The notes beneath the pieces are model-generated. The model had not been told where the DNA came from, searched no databases, and saw only the letters and a program-made list of their open reading frames with translations. DNA of 64,000 bases from positions 130,627 to 194,626 of IMG/VR virus record IMGVR_UViG_3300042453_004886, one strand, 5' to 3'. Source of the DNA: a virus. The translations under genes were made by a program, and so were the position numbers. The first letter of the stretch is position 1. Each line of letters opens with the position of its first letter. Below are positions 15,145 through 25,622 of this stretch, in pieces.

Positions 15145-15876
15145 ATGGCAACCAATAACATTATTTTTCTAGAGTTAGACGACACGTTTGACTTGTCACC
15201 CAACCTAGAAAACCTTGTAGCCGGTGAAACGCTAACTTACATTTCCGGAAGCGAAGAACTTTTAACTGTTTCATCTGAAGGCGTTGCCACAGTGCAACCT
15301 GGAGCCCTTGAAGGCGACTTGATTCTCGTTGAAGTTCACAGCTCCGAGAACGGATACGTCACCACGTTTTTCTTTATTATCGGAGCACCCGACGGGGTCC
15401 CCGAAGTTGTAACAGCTGAGGGGATTACTATTAACGTCAAGCCAGACGTGATTGTCAGCGTGGTGAGAGCAGATCCGGAAACTCGAGTACAAATTTTTGA
15501 CCACGCAGACACTGTTGTTGCAGAAGAAAACGTAACTAGCTTTGGATTTGCCAGAATTGCGGTACCTAGACAAAGTGTCATTGCTCCTGGAACAAACGAT
15601 AAAGGTATTGAACTCACCGTTGCGCGTGTCATTGAAAACAGCGCAGTGGGTACGCTGATTACTACTCAAAAAGCAAGTGTTGTTACCCCGTCAGCACCAA
15701 CTACAACACTTAGTCAGCAAATCAAAAATGTTCTTTTGACTCCTGTAACTACTACAACAACTACAACTACAACTACGACAACCACCACAACCACAACCAC
15801 AACCACAACTACAAATCCAGGAACAAGTTTAGGTTACGGTGAAGGTCAGTACGGAGATGGTGGATACGGACAGTAG
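15145..15876 (+). CDS. Putative virion protein with a 22-Thr tract and C-terminal Gly-Tyr repeat
   Basis: Beta-rich body; T22 encoded at 15748-15813; ends GYGEGQYGDGGYGQ. Confidence 0.75.
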   Translation: MATNNIIFLELDDTFDLSPNLENLVAGETLTYISGSEELLTVSSEGVATVQPGALEGDLILVEVHSSENGYVTTFFFIIGAPDGVPEVVTAEGITINVKPDVIVSVVRADPETRVQIFDHADTVVAEENVTSFGFARIAVPRQSVIAPGTNDKGIELTVARVIENSAVGTLITTQKASVVTPSAPTTTLSQQIKNVLLTPVTTTTTTTTTTTTTTTTTTTTTTNPGTSLGYGEGQYGDGGYGQ

Positions 15877-15920
15877 TGTAGTAGTATTAAAAAAGTACTA
15901 CATCCAGGAGTTTATCCAAA

Positions 15921-18080
15921 ATGGCACAAACAGCTAATTTTCAATTAAGTAAGCCCAATCAAGGAGCGTCTGATTGGCATATCGACTTAAATGAAAACTT
16001 TGATGTAATTGACTCTCAAATAAAAGTAGCTCAAACGCTTACCTCTTCCAAGATTAACTCTGCCCTTGGGTTTACTCCGCTCAACCCCGCAAACAAAGGG
16101 GCTGCAGACGGCTACGCTTCACTAAATGCTGCTGGTAAAGTTCCTCTGACCCAGCTAGCTATCAACAGCAGCCTGATTACAAACGCTCTAGGATTTACAC
16201 CGGAAAGCACAAGCAACAAAGGAGTTGCTGATGGATATGCTTCGTTGGACAGCAACGGCAAGGTGCCTTTATCTGAGCTAAATATCACCAGCGGAATCGT
16301 GACCACTGCTCTTGGCTACACTCCCGAAAATGTAGCCAACAAAGGTCAAGCCAACGGTTACGCTGAGCTAGATTCAAACGCCAAGATTCCTACAAGTCAG
16401 CTGAATATCACATCTTTACAGATCAACTCTGCTATTGGCTTCACACCTACAAACTCTACAACCAAAGGCGCAGCCGATGGGTATGCTTCCCTTGACGCAA
16501 ATGGATTTATTCCTGATGAACAGCTTTCCATTACTTCAAGCCATGTAACCGATGCACTTGGATACACTCCTGAAGATAGTGACAACAAGGGAGCTCCAAG
16601 CGGTTACGCATCCCTGGATAGCAACGGACAAATTCCTGCGGAAGAGCTACCAGCAGTTGCTTTTAGCTCGCTCTCAGATATAGAGCTTTCTTCGCTTTCT
16701 TCAAATCAAATTCTTCAGTATGACGGTACAAATTGGGTCAACGCTGACCCAACTGGCTCAGGTGTCACTGTTCTTTCCGGTATGTCGGATGTACAGATTA
16801 GCTCGCCAACTTCAGGCCAAGTTCTTCAATACAACGGAACAGCTTGGGTTAATGCTGCAGCGCCTTCTTCAGCAGTGCCCGTGCCTGTTCGTCAAACCGT
16901 GCTGACAGGCTCTGTAGCCGCTGCAACGGGTGCCGCTAACTTCTTGAGTGCAGGATCCGGTTTAAGCGTAAATTTGGCTGCTACAGCAGTTCCTGTGAAC
17001 ATTGCGTTTGCTGACGGATTTGGATCTGGTGGGGCTGTAGACTACGTTGGCACCGTAAGCTCAGACGTAACTTCTGCGTTTAGCGCACTACCTGCAAGCT
17101 CAACTTCTTACCTTTACGTAGATAGAAATTCAAGCACTGGTGCTTTGACGTACGGCGCTGTAACAAGTGTTCCAGTTTACAGCAGCGTAGAGCCTCTAGT
17201 AGAAGTAACTTCAGGAACAGCAACTTCTAGTGTTACGGCAACTAGTGGAAACGAAGCATCCAAGCTTTTTGACAAAAATCCTGCTACTGGTTTTGTAGCA
17301 AGCGCATCTACAACAGGCATTATCACATTTGTACCTACTTCAGCATTTTGCTTGGTTCGGTACAGCCTGACAGCTTGGGATACCACCTCTCCTGGTAGAA
17401 TGCCACGAGATTGGACCATTCAAGGTTCTAACGATGGTAATTCTTGGACAACAATTGATACCCGCTCAAGTCAAACGGGTTGGGTTTCTGGCGAAACTCG
17501 GCGTTTTACTGTAAGCAATTCAACTAGCTATGCTCAGTACAGAATCAACGTGAGCGCCAATAACGGAACCAACTTCCTTGAGATCCGAGGTTTATCGCTT
17601 TGGGGTATCCCGGTTGCTAACCAGCACTGGTTCGATCTGAACGCTATGCAGATGAAGGTGTGGAACGGTTCAAGCTGGGAAACCAAACAAAGAGTATTTC
17701 TTGGTGAAGCCGTAACAGGTGCGTCTTCTGTGACGTCTGCAATTACCTACGCACTTCAGGGTAGATACGAATCTGAAGTGTTTGCAATAGCTAAAAATAC
17801 AAGTTACACAAGATCTCATAACATTGGTACAGATCAGCTTGTTGCAAAAGGTTACTACAGGTACGATCAAAACTATATTTGGTCTGATATAGCTACTTAC
17901 AGGGGAAGCGCATTTTTTGGTGCAAGACTTTTTCCAGACAGGAACACAGTTAAAGTCGGTACTGCACCAGATTACTTAGCTTACGGGGATGCAAGTATTG
18001 TTATCTTTGGAACAGAAAACTTCCCCGCAGGAAACTCTACTTCAGGTGAAGCAAAGTTAATTGTAAGGCGCAGCTGGTAA
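15921..18080 (+). CDS. Tail fibre/receptor-binding protein 1 (repeat shaft plus F5/8-type-C-like domain)
   Basis: N-terminal TANFQLSKP...W..DLNENFDVID; repeated GFTPE..NKG..GYASLD..GKVP; WTIQGSNDGNSWTTID...YRINV. Confidence 0.8.
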   Translation: MAQTANFQLSKPNQGASDWHIDLNENFDVIDSQIKVAQTLTSSKINSALGFTPLNPANKGAADGYASLNAAGKVPLTQLAINSSLITNALGFTPESTSNKGVADGYASLDSNGKVPLSELNITSGIVTTALGYTPENVANKGQANGYAELDSNAKIPTSQLNITSLQINSAIGFTPTNSTTKGAADGYASLDANGFIPDEQLSITSSHVTDALGYTPEDSDNKGAPSGYASLDSNGQIPAEELPAVAFSSLSDIELSSLSSNQILQYDGTNWVNADPTGSGVTVLSGMSDVQISSPTSGQVLQYNGTAWVNAAAPSSAVPVPVRQTVLTGSVAAATGAANFLSAGSGLSVNLAATAVPVNIAFADGFGSGGAVDYVGTVSSDVTSAFSALPASSTSYLYVDRNSSTGALTYGAVTSVPVYSSVEPLVEVTSGTATSSVTATSGNEASKLFDKNPATGFVASASTTGIITFVPTSAFCLVRYSLTAWDTTSPGRMPRDWTIQGSNDGNSWTTIDTRSSQTGWVSGETRRFTVSNSTSYAQYRINVSANNGTNFLEIRGLSLWGIPVANQHWFDLNAMQMKVWNGSSWETKQRVFLGEAVTGASSVTSAITYALQGRYESEVFAIAKNTSYTRSHNIGTDQLVAKGYYRYDQNYIWSDIATYRGSAFFGARLFPDRNTVKVGTAPDYLAYGDASIVIFGTENFPAGNSTSGEAKLIVRRSW

Positions 18081-18096
18081 TAGGGGTAATTAAAAA

Positions 18097-20841
18097 ATGT
18101 CAGAAACAACAAACTTCAATCTGAGTAAACCAGCACAGGGTGCTCTTGATTGGGACACTGACCTTAACGCTAACTTTGACATCATTGATTCTGAGATCAA
18201 AGAAGCTCAAACTCTAACCAGTAGCAAAATTACAACTGCTCTTGGTTTTACGCCTCAGAACGTGACTCAAAAAGGCGTAGCCGATGGCTACGCATCTCTG
18301 AATGCAACAGGTAAAGTTCCTCTTACTCAGATTGCTCTGAACAGCTCAGCAATCAACACCGCACTTGGTTTTACTACACAAAACCCAGCGTCTAAAGATG
18401 CAGCTAACGGCTATGCAGGACTTGACGGAAACGGGAAGATTCTTTCCTCAAAGATTTCTTTAACATCAGGTACAATCACCACTGCTTTGAACTTTACTCC
18501 AGAAAGTATGTCCAACAAAGGTCAAGCGGGTGGATATGCATCTCTTGATTCAAACGGTAAAGTACCTTCAAACCAAGTTGCCCTGACTGAACAACAAGTC
18601 TTGGACGCAGTAGGCTACACCCCAGAAAGCGTAGATAATAAAAATGCTGCCAACGGCTACCCCTCACTGGATAGCAACAGCAAAGTAGCGTCAAACCAGA
18701 TTTCCCTGACAAGCTCCAAGATTACAACAGCACTCGGATTTACACCGGAAAACATCAACAACAAAGGTGCAAACAGCGGGTATGCAAGTCTCGACGGGAC
18801 AGGCAAGATTCCTCTGAGTCAGCATCCTTCTCTTTCTCTTAGCTCACTATCTGGCGTTAGCTTATCTTCACCGTCCTCAAATCAAATCCTTCAGTACAAT
18901 GGAACAAACTGGGTTAACGCTTCAGTTTCTTCTGGAGTGACTTCTCTCGCGGCAATGGGAGATGTTCAGCTTGGTAGCTTATCAAACGGTGAAGTGCTTC
19001 AGTACAACGGTACAAAGTGGGTAGATGCAGCTCTTTCAGAGCGTTGCACAGTTCCTGTCAGACAGACTGTGCTTACAGGGTCTGTAGCAGCTTCTACTGG
19101 TACAGCTAACTTCCTGAGTGCTGGAAATAAAACACCTACTCAATATATTGTTGAAGTCTACAACAACCTTGCATCAGATGGAGCCACAATTACCGAGCTA
19201 AGGGCTTACAATCAAAACGACACAGAAATTACTTATACAGTTACAAGTAGTGATGCTTACGACAGCAAAAGAAACGGTGTTCCAGAATACTGGAATCAAT
19301 CTATATGGAGCAAATCTAATTTAAACGATAATGATATGACTTATACAAGCAACAGCACCGGAAGTCCAAGCTCGGCTCTATTTATATACAATCAAGGTTC
19401 TATAACGGCAAATACTGGTGGTTGGGCAAGATTTTTAATTACACTTTCATCGTCTAACTACGACACCATTACGTTTAAAATTTGGGCGGGTTCTTCTGAA
19501 AATAGAATCCCAGAAAAGATTACTATTTACGCAGTTACTGGAACCTACAGCCTTGCAACCCACGTTCAAACAAGAAGCGTAGTTGGATTGACTGAAGCAG
19601 GTAGTAGAACTTTAACACTTAGCAATACAACTGTAACTCAAACTTCCCATAGCTATACACCAAATCCTTCTGTTAATTTAGCTGCTTCTTCAACAAACGT
19701 GTCTGTTGCTTTTGCAAATGGTTTTGATGCTTACGGTGCGGTCGACTACGTAAGCGTAATTAATGCAGACGTTTCTCCTGCAGTTGCTGGTCTAAAAGGA
19801 GGACTTACAAATTACATTTATGTAGATAGAAACCCATCGACTGGAGCATTAACTTATGGATCTACTACCGTAAAACCTATTTATGAGCAAATTGATCCTT
19901 CAGCCGGTACATATGGCTCTATCCAATATATGCTGCTTTCTAATATGACCGCAGATAATTTTCCATCTCCTTACGTAGCTAGCTCAAGTAGCGTTTGGTC
20001 TTCTTCTTATGCAGCTTATAAAGCATTTGATGGAAACTTAGGTACTAACTTTGTGTTTGCAAGCGGACAAAAGACTGGGTGGTTGAAAATTGATCTTGGT
20101 TCTGGAAATCAGTTTGTAGCAAAATCTTACGCCTACACGGGATCAAATACAGCTAGCAACAGTGGAAAAACATGGACTTTCCAAGCATCTAACGATGGAG
20201 ACAACTGGACAACAATTGACACCAAAACAAATCAAAGCTGGACAAGCGGTGAAAGAAAATACATCACAGTTTCTAATTCGACTGCTTACAGATACTATCG
20301 TTTAGATATTACTGCTAACAATGGCGGCACTGAGTGTCAAGTTAACGAATTCCAGATTTATGGAATTCCAAATAACCAGCACTGGTTTGACTTGAATACC
20401 ATGACGATGAAAGTCTGGAACGGCACCAGCTGGGAAACTAAACAGAGAGTATTTATTGGAGAAGCAGACACCTCTGGAAACGTGACAACTTATGCACTTC
20501 AAGGTAAGTATGAGTCAGAGGTAATTAGCATAGCAGCTGCCTCAACCTATACAAGATCTCACAACATTGGAACAGAACTAGTCAGCACCGAAACCCTGAT
20601 CAGGTATAATGCTAATTACAAGTGGACGGATGCTCAGATTCTCTATACAAGCCAATACTACGGGGTTAGAACATTCCTAACTGACAGAAACAGAGTAAAG
20701 CTTGCAACGCCTTCCTCAAATATTTATTATGGCGGTGGAACAGTCAGCTCTTCTGAGTGGGGTTCTTGGTTAACAGAGTCTTTCCCAGCTGGCTTACAGT
20801 CCACAGGACAAGCCAAAGTTCTTGTGAAGCGCAACTGGTAA
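18097..20841 (+). CDS. Tail fibre/receptor-binding protein 2 (paralog)
   Basis: Same N-terminus, repeats and QHWFDL...KQRVF module; WTFQASNDGDNWTTID. Confidence 0.8.
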   Translation: MSETTNFNLSKPAQGALDWDTDLNANFDIIDSEIKEAQTLTSSKITTALGFTPQNVTQKGVADGYASLNATGKVPLTQIALNSSAINTALGFTTQNPASKDAANGYAGLDGNGKILSSKISLTSGTITTALNFTPESMSNKGQAGGYASLDSNGKVPSNQVALTEQQVLDAVGYTPESVDNKNAANGYPSLDSNSKVASNQISLTSSKITTALGFTPENINNKGANSGYASLDGTGKIPLSQHPSLSLSSLSGVSLSSPSSNQILQYNGTNWVNASVSSGVTSLAAMGDVQLGSLSNGEVLQYNGTKWVDAALSERCTVPVRQTVLTGSVAASTGTANFLSAGNKTPTQYIVEVYNNLASDGATITELRAYNQNDTEITYTVTSSDAYDSKRNGVPEYWNQSIWSKSNLNDNDMTYTSNSTGSPSSALFIYNQGSITANTGGWARFLITLSSSNYDTITFKIWAGSSENRIPEKITIYAVTGTYSLATHVQTRSVVGLTEAGSRTLTLSNTTVTQTSHSYTPNPSVNLAASSTNVSVAFANGFDAYGAVDYVSVINADVSPAVAGLKGGLTNYIYVDRNPSTGALTYGSTTVKPIYEQIDPSAGTYGSIQYMLLSNMTADNFPSPYVASSSSVWSSSYAAYKAFDGNLGTNFVFASGQKTGWLKIDLGSGNQFVAKSYAYTGSNTASNSGKTWTFQASNDGDNWTTIDTKTNQSWTSGERKYITVSNSTAYRYYRLDITANNGGTECQVNEFQIYGIPNNQHWFDLNTMTMKVWNGTSWETKQRVFIGEADTSGNVTTYALQGKYESEVISIAAASTYTRSHNIGTELVSTETLIRYNANYKWTDAQILYTSQYYGVRTFLTDRNRVKLATPSSNIYYGGGTVSSSEWGSWLTESFPAGLQSTGQAKVLVKRNW

Positions 20842-20854
20842 TTGGAGTAAATAA

Positions 20855-23566
20855 ATGTCAGACACAACTAACTTCAACCTGAGCAAGCCAGCAGAAGGTG
20901 CTTTAGACTGGGATGTTGATCTCAATAACAACTTTGACATTATTGATGAAGAAATAAAGAACGCTCAGACCCTGACAAATGCCAAAATTACCACAGCGCT
21001 AGGTTTTACCCCCGAAGATTCCTCCAAGGGTGGTGTAGCGGACGGATTTGCAACTCTGAATGCTGCTGGCAAGGTTCCTGTTACTCAAATTGCTATCAAT
21101 AGCGCAACTGTTACAGATGCTCTTGGGTATACTCCTGAAGACGCTGCAAACAAAGACGCAGCAGGTGGCTACTCAAGCCTTAATTCTTCGGGTAAAGTTC
21201 CTTCGGCAAATCTTGCTATTACCGACCAGATTATTGCAGAATCTTTAGGGTTTGTTCCAGAAAATCCTACAAACAAAGGCGTTGGTCTAGAATCAAGCCA
21301 GACTCAAGCTGCTGTTCCTGAAATGACTTCAGCAACTTCTGGAGATATTACGATTTCGGGTTCTGGTTGGGTAAACTCAGTTTGGGCAAGTGGCGGATCA
21401 GCTTATCCGTGGTCATTTTTTAACGCATCCGTAGGAAACCCGCATACCCCTGGTTCAGGCGGTGGAAGCGGTTCTTCTGCTTCTGTTACAGTAGACTTTG
21501 GATCTGGAAACTTAGAAAGAATTGTTAGTTACAGGGTTGGATTTAATAGCGTTTACTGTAGCTCAGCAAATATTTCAGGCTCTAACGATCAAAGTTCTTG
21601 GACTTTACTAAATAGTTCATCTGGTTCTTCCCCAACTACTATTAGCTTTATTAATTTAAATAGCTACCGTTACTACAAAATTACTTTATATTCAGGTGGT
21701 TATAGTCCTCTACTTCCTGGAGATTTACAGCTTTACCGGCACGTAGACAGCGGTTATGTAAGTCTTGATGCAAACGGTAAGGTAAGCAGCACTCAGATCT
21801 CTTTAAATAGCTCTCATATTTCTGATGCGCTTGGATTTGATTCTGAAAATGCAAACAACAGAGGCGCGGTAAATGGCTACGCTTCTTTGGATAGCAATGG
21901 AAAGATTCCTACAGCTCAAATCAGTCTTTCTGAAAGTAATGTAACAAACGGACTGACTTTTATACCTCAGAATCCCAGTGCTAAAGACGCTGCAAACGGA
22001 TACGTAGGGTTAGACGTAACCGGAAAAGTCTCTAGTTCCAAACTCGTATACAATTTCTCAAAGATCTCAAATCTTTCTATCTCAGCACCTTTGACTGGAC
22101 AGACACTTCAGTATAACGGAACAAGTTGGGTAAACGGAGCAGTTCCTTCCGGCTCATCTACACTTGCTGGTGGCCTTTCAGACGTTTCAATTACTTCACC
22201 TTCAAGTGGACAAATTCTTAAGCACAACGGAACTGCTTTTACAAATCAAACCGGGGGCTCAAGCCGAGTTACAGTTCCAGTAAGACAGACGGTTCTTAGC
22301 GGAGCTACTGAACGTTATTCAGGTGTAGCTAACTTTTTAGCAGCCGGTTCAGGGCTAAACGTAAACCTTTCCGCAACTTCAGTTCCCGTAAACATTGCTT
22401 TTGCTGCCGGAACAGATTCATCCGGAGCTGTAGACTACATCGGAACAATTAGCTCTGACGTGACAAATGCATGGACTTTGCCTTCAAGCTCAACGTCTTA
22501 CCTGTACGTTGAAAGGAACTCCTCAACGGGAGCTTTAACATACGGATCTACAACTGTTCGGCCTCAGTACCAGCAGTGGTTATACCTTGGTCCAGACTTG
22601 ACAACAGGCGGAACAGCAACAGCTAGCTCTACCTACAGTGGATCTTGGCCCGCATCCGCAGCTTTTAGTGACAATGGATATGGTGGCAGCTCCGGTACAT
22701 CTTGGTTAGCAACAGATGGCACAGGATCCGGTTGGCTTCAATATCAGTTTGCGTCAGCACAAACTATTATCAACTACACAATTTATGCAGATTCTACTAG
22801 AACTGATAACGCCCCTAAAAACTGGACTTTTGAAGCTTCAACTACAGGAGCAGCCGGTAGCTGGGTTGTATTAGACACCCAAACAAATCAAACCGACTGG
22901 GCTACAACAAACGGAAGAAGCTACACTTTTTCAAATAGCACAGCTTATACATACTACAGAATTAACATTAGTGCTGTAAATAACACTGTTGCTGGCGGAG
23001 CGCCAAGTAATCGCATGGGCATTGGTGAAATGGAGATGCGCGGTTTTGCTGCAAATGTCCAGCACTGGTTTGATCTGAGCACCATGACCATGAAGCTCTG
23101 GAATGGGTCTTCTTGGGATACCAAACAGCGGGTGTTTGTCGGTGAAGCTGTAACAAATGCTTCAGCAGTCACTTCTGTTACTGCTTATGCACTAAAAGGT
23201 TACTTTGAATCGGAAGCTTTCCATGTAAGTAAAAATACGTCTGGATCAAGCGTTTATAATATTGCACACAACATTGGGGTTGATCCCACTTTTTACTCAA
23301 CCCTGCTTCGATACAACAGTGACTACAAGTGGACTGAAGTAACTCAATTCTCCGATGGGTCAGGATACGCTAATCCAAGAAGTTTCTTAGATTACAAAAC
23401 CATTAAAGTAGTGCCTCCATACCACTACATTTACATTGCTTCAACTCTTACCGGTGCCCAGTCTCGTCCAAACCTTGGAATTGATTCTTTCCCAAGCACA
23501 ACAGATGCGGCTCCAACCTATCACACCGCAGGTGAATGCAAAGTTGTAGTCAGTAGAGGCTGGTAA
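20855..23566 (+). CDS. Tail fibre/receptor-binding protein 3 (paralog, two F5/8-like domains)
   Basis: Same architecture, with an extra ISGSNDQSSWTLL...YRYYKI domain inside the repeats. Confidence 0.8.
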   Translation: MSDTTNFNLSKPAEGALDWDVDLNNNFDIIDEEIKNAQTLTNAKITTALGFTPEDSSKGGVADGFATLNAAGKVPVTQIAINSATVTDALGYTPEDAANKDAAGGYSSLNSSGKVPSANLAITDQIIAESLGFVPENPTNKGVGLESSQTQAAVPEMTSATSGDITISGSGWVNSVWASGGSAYPWSFFNASVGNPHTPGSGGGSGSSASVTVDFGSGNLERIVSYRVGFNSVYCSSANISGSNDQSSWTLLNSSSGSSPTTISFINLNSYRYYKITLYSGGYSPLLPGDLQLYRHVDSGYVSLDANGKVSSTQISLNSSHISDALGFDSENANNRGAVNGYASLDSNGKIPTAQISLSESNVTNGLTFIPQNPSAKDAANGYVGLDVTGKVSSSKLVYNFSKISNLSISAPLTGQTLQYNGTSWVNGAVPSGSSTLAGGLSDVSITSPSSGQILKHNGTAFTNQTGGSSRVTVPVRQTVLSGATERYSGVANFLAAGSGLNVNLSATSVPVNIAFAAGTDSSGAVDYIGTISSDVTNAWTLPSSSTSYLYVERNSSTGALTYGSTTVRPQYQQWLYLGPDLTTGGTATASSTYSGSWPASAAFSDNGYGGSSGTSWLATDGTGSGWLQYQFASAQTIINYTIYADSTRTDNAPKNWTFEASTTGAAGSWVVLDTQTNQTDWATTNGRSYTFSNSTAYTYYRINISAVNNTVAGGAPSNRMGIGEMEMRGFAANVQHWFDLSTMTMKLWNGSSWDTKQRVFVGEAVTNASAVTSVTAYALKGYFESEAFHVSKNTSGSSVYNIAHNIGVDPTFYSTLLRYNSDYKWTEVTQFSDGSGYANPRSFLDYKTIKVVPPYHYIYIASTLTGAQSRPNLGIDSFPSTTDAAPTYHTAGECKVVVSRGW

Positions 23567-23580
23567 CTTAAAAAGCTTAC

Positions 23581-23612
23581 AGCAGCGCTGCCGAATCGGC
23601 AGCGCTGCTTTT
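23581..23612 (+). terminator. Terminator of the fibre operon
   Basis: AGCAGCGCTGCCGA-A-TCGGCAGCGCTGCT followed by TTT. Confidence 0.75.
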
Positions 23613-23693
23613 GCATGCTTAATTAGTTGATTTTATTCCTAGATAGGTATAAGATAAGACCACTTGCCTGTATTTTACAAAGTAGGTGACTAG

Positions 23694-24518
23694 ATGGATA
23701 TCGACCTATCTCCTCCTGAAGGTGTTCGCTCTGCTTTAAGGCGTGGCCTTGAACTTCATGAAGAAGGTCACAGCGGTGACGGGCTTCAGTCAGAAACAGT
23801 GGCTTGGGCAAGAAAAATGGCCAGCGGAACTGCTGCTTCTGTTGATAAAATCAAGAAGATGAATGCTTGGCATGCAAGACATGCCGTTGACAAAAAGCCG
23901 GGCTGGGAAAGTCCACCTACTCCAGGCTACGTGGCTTTTTTGCTTTGGGGTGGTGCCGCAGGCCGATCCTGGGCAAAGTCTAAAGTCGAAGAGATTGAGC
24001 GTAAAGAAAAGCTTTCGAGTAACTATATGCCACTGAGTTATTTTGGTGACGTAGATGTAGATTCAGTTGAGGGTCAAATTGATATCCTGAATCGTCTACA
24101 CGCAGATGAGATTCGTGCAGCCATGCAGTATGCCAACCATGAAGTAGCTTTCAAAGGACCTAATTGCCTCTCTGTTCAAGCCATGTTTGCTGAGCATTAC
24201 GAAGAAGAGTTGAAGCACGCTGAAAAGCTCAGAAAGCTCATTGACTGGCTTGGCGGTAACATTGAGAACGGCCTTGAGATGATGGCTACAATCGGTCCTG
24301 GAGCCCCTAGAGGGCTTGGTGATGTGCTTGTATCGAACAACAACACCACCATGCTTCAACAAGACCTTGTAGGCGAGCAGGGAGCAATTGAAGCTTACAC
24401 AGAAGCTATCAGCATTTTCCAGAATCGAAACTACATGGTGGCGCTCACGCTTACAGAAATTCTAAGAGATGAGTGGGAACACCAGCGAGAGCTCCGAGAT
24501 CTTCTAAACATCAACTAA
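23694..24518 (+). CDS. Fusion of a phage head-associated-type N-terminal domain and a ferritin-like (bacterioferritin/DPS-like) di-iron domain
   Basis: N-terminal DLSPPEGVR...RRGLE...WHARH.VDK...GYVAFLLWGG..G.SWA; C-terminal ADE, EEELKHAE, GEQGAI..Y and DEWEH ferroxidase pattern. Confidence 0.8.
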   Translation: MDIDLSPPEGVRSALRRGLELHEEGHSGDGLQSETVAWARKMASGTAASVDKIKKMNAWHARHAVDKKPGWESPPTPGYVAFLLWGGAAGRSWAKSKVEEIERKEKLSSNYMPLSYFGDVDVDSVEGQIDILNRLHADEIRAAMQYANHEVAFKGPNCLSVQAMFAEHYEEELKHAEKLRKLIDWLGGNIENGLEMMATIGPGAPRGLGDVLVSNNNTTMLQQDLVGEQGAIEAYTEAISIFQNRNYMVALTLTEILRDEWEHQRELRDLLNIN

Positions 24519-24988
24519 TGCTTAGTTGTAAAAACTGCTTCAACCTGATGGATAGAAGTTCGTGCTTTAACTGCTATCCTCTATCTAGAAAAACTAATTT
24601 TTGCATCATGATGTCAGATGACAGCAAAAATTTAATTAACCTAGCTTTCAGCAGTGATTTATTTTATATCATTGACAACATAGCGGAGTATCAAAAAAAC
24701 AGTAAACTAATATGGAAAGTATTAGGTTACATACTGGAAGTTCCCGAGCATCTTACTTTTGATGATATAAAGCACAGGATAAAAATTGACCCTGTAGTAA
24801 AAAACTTATTTGCAAACAAGGAAAGACAAAAACCTTACTATATTAACTGGAAGTCACCCGGTTATTTTTTACAGAATCCTGCTTTGATAGAATTTTCTTT
24901 TGAGTTACACGAAAGTCCTGAGCTTAAAAATTTACTGGATAAAGCTAAATTGATATCAAAATTCCAGTCTTCGTTGAGTCCGAGGTGA
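24518..24988 (+). CDS. Hypothetical protein with N-terminal CxxC...CxxC
   Basis: TAATG overlap gives start 24518 (MLSCKNC...CFNC). Confidence 0.65.
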   Translation: MLSCKNCFNLMDRSSCFNCYPLSRKTNFCIMMSDDSKNLINLAFSSDLFYIIDNIAEYQKNSKLIWKVLGYILEVPEHLTFDDIKHRIKIDPVVKNLFANKERQKPYYINWKSPGYFLQNPALIEFSFELHESPELKNLLDKAKLISKFQSSLSPR

Positions 24989-24991
24989 ACC

Positions 24992-25621
24992 GTGGCAAAA
25001 TACAGAATATGTATCAGTTCAGGGTGCCCAAGAAACCTCAGGCCTTACAACACGGCTATCACCAAGACTTATCAGTATTGTCCTTTTTGTCAGTCAACCA
25101 ATGTTCACATTTATCATAAACCGATTCCTGACTACACGGTCTACACCGATGGCTCGTGTCTGAACAACGTAACAGGTGGTGCAGGTGGCTGGGCAGCTGT
25201 TATCATCAAGGGGTTTGAGTACGACAAGCCTCTGGAAATTGATGAGGAAAGGCTGATCAAGGTTGTTCAAGGTGGAGCTGACTTTACTACAAACAACCGT
25301 ATGGAAATTCAGGGAATATTAGAAGTTCTTGAAAAAGAATTTCCTGAATACTCCAAGATTGAATTTGTTTCAGATAGTCAGTACACCATCAATGGCTTCA
25401 GCACCTGGATTCATAGTTGGAATGAAAAGCAGTGGTCCAGACCCGACGGTAAAGAAGTAAAAAATCAGGACATGTGGAAAAAGGCTTTTGAGTTGATTAA
25501 AAATCACAAACATGATACCTATTTCAGATGGGTCAAGGGGCACTCAAATAATCCTTACAATTGTTTAGCTGACCGTATTGCGGGTCAAACTGCAAAAACG
25601 TTTTTGAAAGAAAAGGCCTAA
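24992..25621 (+). CDS. rnhA: Ribonuclease HI with N-terminal Cys4 extension
   Basis: YTDGSC; TNNRME; SDSQY; WVKGH; N..AD; N-terminal C...C...CPFC. Confidence 0.93.
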   Translation: MAKYRICISSGCPRNLRPYNTAITKTYQYCPFCQSTNVHIYHKPIPDYTVYTDGSCLNNVTGGAGGWAAVIIKGFEYDKPLEIDEERLIKVVQGGADFTTNNRMEIQGILEVLEKEFPEYSKIEFVSDSQYTINGFSTWIHSWNEKQWSRPDGKEVKNQDMWKKAFELIKNHKHDTYFRWVKGHSNNPYNCLADRIAGQTAKTFLKEKA

Positions 25622-25622
25622 C

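Noticed and set aside
17620-23150. Diversity-generating retroelement acting on the fibre genes
   Set aside because: No reverse transcriptase in the window, and repeated segments differ at all base types within coding paralogs rather than at adenines only. An RT elsewhere in the genome cannot be excluded.
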